DNA of 64,000 nt from Pecten maximus. Taxonomy: Eukaryota. The notes beneath the pieces are model-generated. The model was not told the DNA's origin and ran no database searches. It worked only from the letters and a program-made list of their open reading frames with translations. Location: NCBI RefSeq assembly GCF_902652985.1, contig NC_047027.1, forward strand, positions 5,456,001 to 5,520,000, read 5' to 3'. Made by a program: the position numbers and the translations under genes. This document shows, piece after piece, positions 12,801 through 24,311 of the stretch. Numbering within the stretch: position 1 is the stretch's first letter; the number at the start of each line of letters is the position of its first letter.

Positions 12801-13900
12801 CCACTCACCCTCCCTGTACCTTCCTCCCCCCCACTCACCCTCCCTGTACCTTCCCCCCCCACTCACCCTCCCTGTACCTTCCCCCCCCACTCAACCTCCC
12901 CTGTACCTTCCCCCCCCCCACTCACCCTCCCTGTCCCTTCCCTTACCCCCCCCACTCACCCTCCCTGTACCTTCCTCCCTCACTCAACCTCCCTGTACCT
13001 TCCTCCCCCACTCAACCTCCCTGTACCTTCCCCCCCCCCCCACCCCTCCCCCCCTGTACCTGCCTCCCTCACTCAACCTCCCTGTACCTTCCTCCCCCCC
13101 CACTCACCCTCCCTGTACCTTCCTCCCTCACTCACCCTCCCTGTACCTTCCCCCCCCCACTCAACCCTCCCTGTACCTTCCCCCCCCCCACTCACCCTCC
13201 CTGTACCTTCCCCCCACTCAATCCTCCCTGTACCTTCCTCCCTCACTCAACCTCCCTGTACCTTCCTCCCTCACTCAACCTCCCTGTACCTTCCCCCCCC
13301 CCCCCACTCACCCTCCCTGTACCTTCCTCCCTCACTCAACCTCCCTGTACCTTACCCCCCCCCACTCACCCTCCCTGTACCTTCCTCCCCCTCACTCACC
13401 CTCCCTGTACCTTCCTCCCCCCCACTCAACCTCCCTGTACCTTCCCTCCCCCCCCCACTCAACCTCCCTGTACCTTCCTCCCTCACTCAACCTCCCTGTA
13501 CCTTCCTCCCCCCCCCACTCCACCTCCACCCTGTACCTCCTCCCCCCCCCACTCACCCTCCCTGTACCTTCCTCCTCCCCCCACTCACCCTCCCTGTCCC
13601 TCCCCCCCCCACTCACCCTCCCTGTACCTTCCCTCCCCCCCCACTCACCCTCCCTGTACCTTCCCCCCCACTCACCCTCCCTGTACCTCCCCCACTCACC
13701 CTCCCTGTACCTACCCCCACTCACCCCCCTGTACCTTCCTCCCCCCCCACTCACCCTCCCTGTACCTCCCCCCACTCACCCTCCCTGTACCTTCCTCCCC
13801 CACTCACCCTCCCTGTACCTTCCTCCCCCCCCCACTCACCCTCCCTGTACCTCCCCCACTCACCCTCCCTGTACCTTCCTCCCCCACTCACCCTCCCTCC
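9880..13900. repeat. ~4-kb pyrimidine-rich minisatellite, ~28-30 bp unit (CACTCACCCTCCCTGTACCTTCCTCCCC); G4-prone minus strand
   Basis: Over 100 copies of CACCCTCCCTGTACCTT with variable C-run length. Confidence 0.97.
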
Positions 13901-15110
13901 TTCCTTAACCTTGAATCTTTTCATTTCCATCACCATGGTGATTATTCAAAATGAAACCAGTGCCCTTTATTTTCATTTTTGATTGTTTAAATAATGAAAC
14001 TGATAAAATAATACTTCAGCCTTTTTATCAATAACAAAAAAACACCTTTCCATTATCAAAAACACAAACATATAATGTAATATATAATACAGTATAATAA
14101 TATAGTTAGCCTTCAAAATAAATTGTCATAAATGGTCGAGTGTTGTCATGTTTTAATTGTACCTCAAAATTCCAGCAGTATATATAGTAAAATATATTGG
14201 TTTATAGAGTAGTAGTTCTGTTTTATATTCCTGTCCAAACTTTCCTGTAGCACAAATATTGTCATGGAAACACAGGTCACGATCTTCCTATATATATCAG
14301 ACTTGAGTTCGTGACCTTCCAGTGTAGAGCTGACATTGGATCCAAATTAATAAAACAAGGCAATGATCATAATGAGAAAAAGTGAAACAAAATCATTTCA
14401 GTTGGTTTAAACCTAGCGCAGACTTTTCAATCATCGCAGGATTTTACCCGAACAGAGTGATTTCTTTCGTAGATGACCATTGGGCAGTTTGGTCACTAAA
14501 AGGTCAAGTGGAGGTTTATTTGATCAGGAGAAAGATTTGTCATTGCCTTTTCAGGAAAGGCTTTATATCTCGTACATTTCCTGTGTAAAACCAAAGGGTC
14601 TCATTAGGGCGAAAGGGACGAGTGTCAATCACGTGCATTTGCATGCATGCATGTGAAGGAGTTCGCATATGAAACAGCGGAATTAATGAATCTGGAATTC
14701 CAATGATTCAGCGTTAACTAGATGTCATTACAAAGGGAATGGAGAGAAGAAAACAAATTAGCTAGATAAACGGGATATTAAGAGTACCTTCACAGACAAA
14801 CACGACCCAAGTTATTATTACCAACTGGACATGATCGCTTTAAGGACTAATGGAAGATATCTCATTTACATCTCTACATGTTTAATGATTTGTCAGTTTT
14901 TAATACAATATAGATGTGTATGTTTATCTGTCAGCATCATGTATTATTGTATGTCTGTCGAGGAATACTTTTACTGAGGTTATATCACAGAATCTTCTTT
15001 CATTCTCATTCCTTGAAAATGGTAAAGATTTTTTAACTAGTCACAGAAGTATATTCCTTCTACGTGTATTGTTATTATAGGCCTGATAGCTTGACCAATG
15101 CCGTGAATAA

Positions 15111-15180
15111 TTATACCCCCTGCGAAGAAGTTAGGGGGCGTATATTGGAATCACCTCACGATGACTGTCTGTCTGTCTGG
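15111..15180 (+). mobile_element. 5' end of a decayed HINE/DINE-1-like element
   Basis: TTATACCCCC...GGGGGCGTATA inverted repeat followed by a (GTCT)n microsatellite, the canonical HINE 5' layout. Confidence 0.6.
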
Positions 15181-15835
15181 AATATTGTATGAAGTTTATC
15201 TTAAAAATTGTCTTTCAATTTCAAAAAATAAAATTTGGAATTTGGTTCCTTAATTGGGCATGGTTTCTACCTTTTTCCATAGGGAATTGTGTCAAATATT
15301 GACCTCAAATATATTGACAGGGAAAACACACTATATATATATAAACACTCAATAAATATTAGGGGTACTCAAATCCTTTACATGTTCCAAGGTGTCTGGG
15401 TATTTTTGAGGTACAACATTTCCTGTCTAGTGCCGACTTAATTTGTTTTATTTATTTTCATGGTTTTTTTGTCAAGATAAAAATAGAAATATTGCCTACA
15501 CGATTTGTTCCTGATTAGTTATAAATCTATAACCCAATCCTGATGTTATTCTTGAAGAAAACAAATGTCAGAAATATCTGAAAACCTGCAACTTTAAAAT
15601 AAGTTTGGACATAGATGGAATGTCAGGGAGTCATGGAAATTAAGCCGCCCTCTATATCCGGCTATATAAGGTACAGTGACTATATACCATATATAGAAAG
15701 TCTTATGTCACAGGCACTGACATCCAGGTTCCAGCATGTTATCCGATCAGGAAAAATAATTGATAGCTGAGAGACCAAGGTCTCTTAATGCTCATTTCTA
15801 TCCTACAAGTACAATAAAATAGAGGCTGGCGGATC

Positions 15836-16013
15836 CCTGATCAGCCCACCTCTGATTGGCCCACCTCTGATTGGCCAACCCCTGATCGGCCCACCTCTGA
15901 TTGGCCCACCTCTGATTGGCCCACCTCTGATTGGCCCACCTCTGATTGGCCCATCTCTGATTGGCCCAGCTCTGGCCCACCTCTGATTGGCCCATCTCTA
16001 GCCCACCTCTGAT
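15836..16013. repeat. 15-bp minisatellite (GGCCCACCTCTGATT), ~11 copies, containing 8 CCAAT boxes on the minus strand
   Basis: Direct periodicity. Confidence 0.92.
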
Positions 16014-16329
16014 CAAGTTCTTTCTGACCATGTTACCTTCCTCTGTTCCAAGAACTTATCAAACAAACATCTAGGGTATTAAATATCTGATTAGGATGAG
16101 TTTGAGACAGTTTATAGTCCCTAAGATCTATGGTATTCAATCTCTGTGATTGGATGATGAGCATTGTACCTTTCACCCAACCTTCCTGAGATGAACAGGT
16201 CTTTTATGCCTGTTCATCCTGTTAGCAGGTCCTATGTGTCACTTCACCACTGAGATGAGCTTTTCCTGACTTACTGATGTCTCTTCTGTAATTAAGATTT
16301 TTCGTGTAGGTAACAGGTGCAGGTGCCTC

Positions 16330-16700
16330 TTTACTGAGATGAGGAGGCCCATAATACCTCTGTCCTAAGGTGAACAGGCCCTTTATTCCTCTTACCAAAG
16401 TAAAGCAGGCCCATGATGCCTCCTACAACAGTTGAGCAGGCCCTTACTGCCTCTTTCCATAATTTAGCATGCCTCTTACCTGAGATAACAGGCCCATAAT
16501 GCATCTTACCTGAGATAACAGGCCCATAATGCATCTTACCTGAGATAACAGGCCCATAATGCATCTTACTTGAGATGAGCAGGCCATTTATCGCTCTTGC
16601 CTTTGTTGAACAGGCCCATTATACCTCTTACCCACGTTGAACAGGCCCATTATACCTCTTACCCAAATTGAACAGGCCCATTATGCCTCTTACCTGTGTT
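16330..16700. repeat. ~30-bp degenerate minisatellite (TCTTACCTGAGATAACAGGCCCATAATGCA)
   Basis: Three exact central copies with progressively diverged flanking copies. Confidence 0.85.
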
Positions 16701-17213
16701 CCAGTGACATAAACATCCTATTGTACTGAAGCCTCCCCCTGTGATGGAGGTGATGACAGATGGCATCAGACAGTTATTTCACCTGTCATTACCTGTCTCC
16801 ACGGCAACATACACCTCCTGACATGCCATTGTCCAAAATCTGATCCTCTATCAACTACTGTTTTGAAATTCAACTTTGAAATGTTTAAAATATTTATTTA
16901 ATTTTTTTGAAAAAGTAATAACATCATTGTCTTTGGAAATTAAAGGTTACCTATATTTTGATGATTAAATGTTAAAACATCAAAATATCACCTTGATTTT
17001 TCCTGACCTTTTCATTGGTTTAGTCATTTGTGATGCAATTTGATATTTTATTTCATTTATTCAAAATTTTATGTGAATTTGCTAGTTTTTTATTTGGTCA
17101 TTAGAACAAGAATGTTATCATTTTCAATTGGTCTCAATTCTTTACTTAATGTTGAAGAAGAGTGATAGTTTTTATAGAGTTTATGTTTTAATCATATAGG
17201 TCTAATGTTTGAC

Positions 17214-17550
17214 AGCTTACTGTGACATGCATGTTACCTTATTGAGAAATGAAGAATTAAGGCTGTATGCTACCTTACTGAGAAATGAAGAATTAAGGCT
17301 GTATGCTACCTTACTGAGAAATGAAGAATTAAGGCTATATGCTACCTTACTGTGACATCAAGATGAAAGGGTTATGCTACCTTACTGTGACATGGAGACT
17401 TAAGGCTGTATGCTGTCTTACAATGAAATGAAGACTTAAGGCTGTATGCTTCCTTACTCTGAAATGGAGACTTATAATTAAAGCTGAACACTACCTTGCT
17501 GTGACATGGAGGCTTCAGGGTGTATGTTAGCTTACTGTGACGTGGAGAGT
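17214..17550. repeat. Second, diverged locus of the 36-bp minisatellite family seen at 3800-5545
   Basis: Exact monomer TATGCTACCTTACTGTGACATGGAGACTTAAGGCTGTATGCT at 17373-17414, plus GAGAAATGAAGAATTAAGG variants. Confidence 0.9.
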
Positions 17551-19293
17551 AATGTTGTATAAAACTAAGGCTTAAATACACCTCCTTTTAAAATCCAAAT
17601 TCCAAATTTAAAGCCTCATAAAATATCATCTTAGAATGGTAAGTTGTATTTGGTTATTATGACCTAAAACAAAATAAAAGAAACTTCATTGGATCATTGG
17701 AATGAAAAATAACAGAAACTGAAAAGGGAGATAACCCTGACACAAATATCTCTGATACGATGAGTAAGATAGGTTTTCCTAAATCTGAGAACATATCAAT
17801 CTACACAGTCTGCTGCAGTGTTCATAAAACATTGATGTAAAATACAGCAGAAAGTAGATCCATAGCTTCCATCAGTTATCTACTGAACGGAAAAGCTTTT
17901 TCCATCCAAATTTCACAATTATTCTTAAGAGTTATCAGTTTATTGAATCAGGCAGACAAGTGTTATAAATTTTTAGTTTCGATATAAAATGAGTTATTTG
18001 TATGTTGATTTATACATGTAGGCAGCAACCAATTTGTGAAAAAAACAAGTCTTCATGAAATATGTATGTATACTGTGACAGCTGATACGTTATTTGACAT
18101 ATAAAAATACCCCTCAATCCCGTTCCTAAAGGAGCAGGTTCAGTGGCTGCCAGAGAGTAAAACAGAGATTTTAAATGAAAGGTATTTAGAACAACTGAAC
18201 TGGTGACAGGCGTATAAGATACTGTTTTTGTTTTACAGTAAGTTGCTGTTCCTAAGCTGTGTTTTTTTTTCTCTCCAGTTAGACATAGTAATTTGATGTA
18301 TGCACTACAGTCGAGAAATATCATTCTGAGAGTTACTTTCTGTTTCACCGTGTACATAACTGGAAACAGCCGACGGAATTCAAAACCATAAGAATGTGTC
18401 GTTTAAGAGAAAAACATTGTCTGAGATTTTCATTTTGACATGCTGTTTTTTTCTCTCTTCATGAAAGAAAACAAAATTATGGAAAAAATAAACACAGATT
18501 TGCTGGGACGTAGACTTCAGCTTTCGTCTGAACAACTGAAGTTTGATCTTGTTAGATCAGTATTTTTCAAATCTGGCTAAAAACTACTGCAGACCTTAGT
18601 TATAAAGTGTCACGTATTATCATTTCGGTGAAAAATGTTTCCACAAAAACACATCCCCCGTCATAGTAAACTATGCTTTATGCAGGCTTTTTCTACCAGT
18701 CAGAGATAGGATTGTATTAAGTCCAAATCATAAAGTTTCAGAATTGTTTGTAATTTGACATCTTTATTTTCAAAGAACAATTACAGGAAAAGGGGAGCAA
18801 TCCCTCAGGTAAAATTGGACATGAGTAGGAAGATTTCAGAACATATGTAAATCTATTTTGCCCCTAATACCAGAGAATTTTTATTTTATCTTTAAAGTGA
18901 AAATTAAAGCTATTGAAGATCTCTCATTGTATTTGTTTTAATGTTCAAACTTTCAGTCATTACTTTCTTGAAAGGTTTCAGTATGTAACATCATCATTAA
19001 AATTATTCAAGGTCAAAGGTCAGTGATAGAATCCAAATCTCCTAAACATCCCCTCCACACCAGAGTGTATAGGAAATATGTTGCAGTATAAGATTTTCTG
19101 TTGACCGTTAAGGGTAAAGTTTTGTCTGTCCCTTGGAGTCATGACTTTTAAGTCAGTCCCTGAAGGTACACTTTTGATCCCTTGATCCTCCCCCAATTAA
19201 AGTTCCGACTTTTGGTTTTAAAAGTCACTTTATCTTACGTATGATTTGACCTGTGAGATTTTTGAGGGAAATCTGATGAAGCGTGCAGTGTTA

Positions 19294-19456
19294 TATTGTG
19301 TCTCGGCTGGGAGACTATTGTGTCTCGGCTGGGAGACTATTGTGTCTCGGCTGGGAGACTATTGTGTCTCGGCTGGGAGACTATTGTTTCTCGGCTGGGA
19401 GACTATTGTGTCTCGGCTGGGAGACTATTGAGACTATTGTGTCTCGGCTGGGAGAC
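19294..19456. repeat. 22-bp minisatellite (GTGTCTCGGCTGGGAGACTATT), ~7 copies
   Basis: Periodicity; internal stem GTCTC/GAGAC. Confidence 0.95.
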
Positions 19457-20054
19457 ACTAGTTTTTACTCTTTATTTCATCTGTAATGGGGAAAATGAAA
19501 GGAGGATTTCTTAACTTTAATTTTACCTACCAGACACGTAATAGATACTATTGTACACATTTATTTTCAAACTTGACCCCATGAAATATGGTAAACTGAC
19601 ACATTATAATCCTAGGAACTTTGTTTAACACACATATGTTTATTTATATACCACGAAATTTAACCCAAATGAAATTTAATGCTTTTTCAGTAATCGTCAA
19701 TATATATTTACCAGCTTTCTCTTGTTGGGTCCAACTACAGGATAAGGTTTATCACAACAAACAAAGCCAGTCATCGTATTACAACCTCAACATTTTACAC
19801 ATTCAACCTAATAAGGGCCCCTGGCACTACAAGCACACCGCCACCTTGTTATCAGGAAAAGAGGATGGGTGTGCTAATCGAATCGTATACAAAGTTCCTT
19901 ACTTCTCTGATCTGCTAATAATTATGATCTGTCTTTTAACCAAAAACTCTGGATTGTTTTCATTACATAAATATATGCAAATGAAAAAAGCAGTTGTTTT
20001 TTTTTTCCGACCAGATTTCACATGGAAACATTACCTGTATACAGTTTTATTAAG

Positions 20055-20102
<48 letters not shown>
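20055..20102. repeat. Poly(C) homopolymer, ~48 nt
   Basis: Direct inspection; similar G/C runs at 3257-3286, 37612-37643 and 56960-56977. Confidence 0.9.
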
Positions 20103-20105
<3 letters not shown>

Positions 20106-20226
20106 CCAAAAGTTTGTGGTTTTTTAAGTGTACAGTACAGTGAGTTTATTAGGTCAGATACGGTATGTACTAGTGACCTTATTTACAGGTAATTCTACAT
20201 CTCAACCTTACAGGACAGTATCATGT

Positions 20227-20450
20227 GCAGGGGCCGAGTGGTTAAGTTGAGTTGTGCGGACACTTTATCACTAGCCCTCCACCTCTGGGTTGCGAGTTCG
20301 AAACCTACATGGGGCAGTTGCCATGTACTGGCCGTAGGCCGGTAGTTTTTCTTCAGGTTCTCCGGCTTTCCTTCACCTCCAAATCCTGGCACATCCTTAA
20401 ATGACCCTGGCTGTTAATAGGACGTTAAACAAAATAAACCAAACCAAACC
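20227..20450 (+). mobile_element. tRNA-derived SINE of V-SINE type (bivalve BivaV-like) with a 9-bp TSD
   Basis: A-box-like GGCCGAGTGG, B-box-like GAGTTCGAAACC, V-domain-like GTTTTTCTTCAGGTTCTCCGGCTTTCCT, tail GCTGTTAATAGGACGTTAAAC...(AAACC)n; GTATCATGT at 20218-20226 and 20451-20459. Confidence 0.88.
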
Positions 20451-22370
20451 GTATCATGTTGGAAGTAACACTACCATCACACTTCATACCTATGATCAGA
20501 ACAGTGCATTTTTAGCTGCTTTAATTCCTCCATACTCAATTGAACTCCACCAGATTGTAAACCCAGAGAATTTTTGGTCTGAGCTGGTATGATGTATCTA
20601 TACAAGACACGAAAGGATTTTCCTTTTTTTCACTACAAACCTTTCCGAATGAATCCATGTCAGGATTAGATTTTTGTGTGTGTTTTGTGACAGTTAATTA
20701 ATTAGTTTGGTGTGAAGGAAGATAAAAAACGCATCGTACCCAACACCAAATCAACGAGAGTGGATCTCACGCATCAGAGCAGGGCTAAACCATCAAACAT
20801 GGCACGAAACCAGTCGAGAACATACCAAGTGCACGCTTCATCAAATTCAGCGTACATTTCACCTGCGGAGGTAAAATACACAGAATATGGTTAACACTAC
20901 TCACATACATATTTGATGAAGGTGTAAGCATTGTTATAGTACATACACATCAACCCACAGCATCAGTTAAAGGTACATCTCAAAACTTTATCACCTCCAC
21001 ATTGGAGAGTTCCAGACCATTCCATCCCCAAATGGCACCTGGATTTCTGTAATTTGCATTTGAGAGAAAAATATATCTCCATGACAAACGCAAATTTGAA
21101 AAGTTTCGTCAAATTTAAAATCAGTTAAAACTGTGGTGACTGATGACAAGTTTGTAAATGACATGCTTGAAATCTTGAATAGCTGGTTAAAGGACAATTT
21201 CATACATTTTGAAGCAAGAGAAAGTTGTTTGTAGAACGGTCTGAAGCGTAATGGTACCCCAGGTTGTACAGCGTTAGACTTTGTCTACACACGATTAGAG
21301 ATTTACATACGAACATACCAGGAGAGGAGTAAAACCGATAGTACTGTGATTTAGTTACTGATCATCAACAGAATGATGGACAAACACATTTACTGGATAA
21401 TAACCATAGAATGTTGATGCCAATCTTTGTTTAAAACATTAAAGTTCTCAAATCCTGCAAACAATCTCTCTTTTTACTGTCCTTTTAGAGGCAACTAAAC
21501 AAGTGATACTACTGTAGAAATGTTAGACTTTACATTCAAACAGAAAAACAAAAACACTTTGTTACTTTTTTATTTCAATTGATTTTAAACTGCCTATAAC
21601 TCACGTATCTGAAATTTTTGAAATTTCAATGGAGGAATTTGTGTATGTAGAAATGTTGGTGAGTAACTAATTAGCATTTAGGGACATCCTTGTGTGTTGA
21701 AATGTTCACGACTAACTTAATAATATTTAGGGACATCCCTGTGTGTTTCCAAGAAACCTTTCGAGTTTAGTCATGAAATGGTAATGGGGTATATCAGATT
21801 TATTATGGCTTGACTAAAAAATCTTTATATTGTACCCAAAATGTTTTTTTAAGTTTCTTCAAAAAACTTGATGTCCGTGTTATCAGAAACCATCACATCA
21901 TACTCAGGAATCTCAAAATGTTTTTGTAGAATACTGAAAATATAAGTCAGCACAGCATGCCTTATAATTCTCAGCTGTGTATACCATCATACAGATCAGA
22001 TGAGGATTAACAGGTACACAAAAGAGAATCCCTCAAATCTAATTAAAGCGAATAAATAATTATAACTGGGACTTTTACGGCCATTTTATTGCTCCGTCCT
22101 GAAGGTTGTTATCACGCTACTGTAATAGATGATGAATCGTATCAGAGATTAATAATTCAAACATCACATTGAACCTTCCAAGTTAGCCATAGACATGAGA
22201 TCTGTGTGTTTTTGATGTGTACCTGATGTCAGGTCACTTTGGCCGGGAATCAGTTCTTGTCTTATTCTACTGCCAAATCTACTATATACTTCTGTCAGCA
22301 TTATAGGACACAGGAAGAACTTGTCTCAATTTTAGTAGGATCTGTAAATAATTGTTGAATTTGAATACAA

Positions 22371-24049
22371 AATACTGATGAATTGTCCTAGGATAACAAA
22401 GTACTGGTACACCTGTCCTAGGATAACGAAGTACTGGTACACCTGTCCTAGGACAATGAAGTACTGGTACACCTGTCCTAGGATAACGAAGTACTGGTAC
22501 ACCTGTCCTAGGACAATGAAGTACTGGTACACCTGTCCTAGGATAACGAAGTACTGATACACCTGTCCGAGGGTAACAAAGTACTGGTACACCTGTCCTA
22601 GGATAACGAAGTACTGGTACACCTGTCCTAGGATAACGAAGTACTGGTACACCTGTCCTAGGATAACGAAGTACTGGTACACCTGTCCTAGGATAACGAA
22701 GTACTGGTACACCTGTCCCAGGGTAACAAAGTACTGGTACACCTGTCCTAGGATAACGAAGTACTGGTACACCTGTCCCAGGGTAACAAAGTACTGGTAC
22801 ACCTGTCCTAGGATAACGAAGTACTGGTACACCTGTCCTAGGATAACGAAGTACTGGTACACCTGTCCTAGGACAACGATGTACTGGTACACCTGTCCTA
22901 GGATAACGAAGTACTGGTACACCTGTCCTAGGATAACGAAGTACTGGTACACCTGTCCTAGGATAACGAAGTACTGGTACACCTGTCCTAGGATAACAAA
23001 GTACTGGTACACCTGTCCTAGGATAACGAAGTACTGGTATACCTGTCCTAGGATAACAAAGTACTGATACACCTGTCCTAGGATAACGAAGTACTGGTAC
23101 ACCTGTCCTAGGATAACGAAGTACTGGTACACCTGTCCTAGGATAACGAAGTACTGGTACACCTGTCCTAGGATAACGAAGTACTGGTACACCTGTCCTA
23201 GGATAACGAAGTACTAGTACACCTGTCCTAGGAAAACGAAGTACTGGTACACCTGTCCTAGGATAACGAGGTACTGATACACCTGTCCTAGGATAACGAA
23301 GTACTGATACACCTGTACTGGGATAACAAAGTACTGATACACCTGTCCTAGGATAACGAAGTACTGGTACACCTGTCCTAGGATAACGAAGTACTGGTAC
23401 ACCTGTCCTAGGTTAACGAAGTACTGATACACCTGTACTGGGATAAAGAAGTACTGATACACCTGTCCTAGGATAACGAAGTACTAGTACACCTGTCCTA
23501 GGAAAACGAAGTACTGATACACCTGTCCTAGGATAATGAAGTACTGATACACCTGTACTGGGATAACGAAGTACTGATACACCTGTCCTAGGATAGCGCA
23601 GCACTAGTACATCTGTCCTAGGAAAATGAAGTACTGATACACATGTCCTAGGATAATGAAGTACTGGTACACCTGTCCTAGGATAACGAAGTACTGGTAC
23701 ACCTGTCCTAGGATAAAGAAGTACTGATACACCTGTCCTAGGATAACGAAGTACTGATACACCTGTCCTAGGATAACGAAGTACTAGTACACCTGTCCTA
23801 GGATAACGAAGTACTGATACACCTGTCCTAGGATAACGAAGTACTGATACAGTACACCTGTACTGGGATAACGAAGTACTGATACACCTGTCCTAGGATA
23901 ACGAAGTACTGGTATACCTGCCCTAGGATAACGAAGTACTGGTACACCTGTCCTAGGATAACAAAGTACTGGTACACCTGTCCTAGGATAACAAAGTACT
24001 AGTACACCTGTCCTAGGATAACAAAGTACTAGTACACCTGTCCTAGGAT
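22371..24049. repeat. 30-bp minisatellite (ACCTGTCCTAGGATAACGAAGTACTGGTAC), ~56 copies
   Basis: Exact 30-bp register; palindromes TCCTAGGA and AGTACT in the unit. Confidence 0.98.
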
Positions 24050-24311
24050 TTAAAAATTGTAATCAATTTTAAATATCCCCAAACAGCTTGAGTTTCTGGG
24101 TTCCATAGGTAAGCTGTGAAAGCCTGTTACAACTACCTGTCCTGTAACCATCAATATCACCTCAACCATTTTTGTTTGGATGAAAAATCATTAATTTGCA
24201 TGGTTAAACCAAGGTTTTGGCAGACATAAATTGTGTGTAATTAATTACGTGAATTTTAAAACAGACATTAAAGAACTTTTGCATCAAATAGCACTGACAA
24301 AATTCTAGTTT

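Noticed and set aside
10486-13908. 1140-aa Pro-rich extensin/formin-like ORF
   Set aside because: C-rich repeat that almost cannot form stop codons; the translation shifts among all three repeat phases, showing no frame constraint
19621-20127. 168-aa ORF ending in poly-Pro
   Set aside because: The poly-Pro comes from the poly(C) run and the remainder is not protein-like
22332-23604. Hydrophobic repeat ORFs (VYQYFVILGQ)n
   Set aside because: Translations of the 30-bp minisatellite
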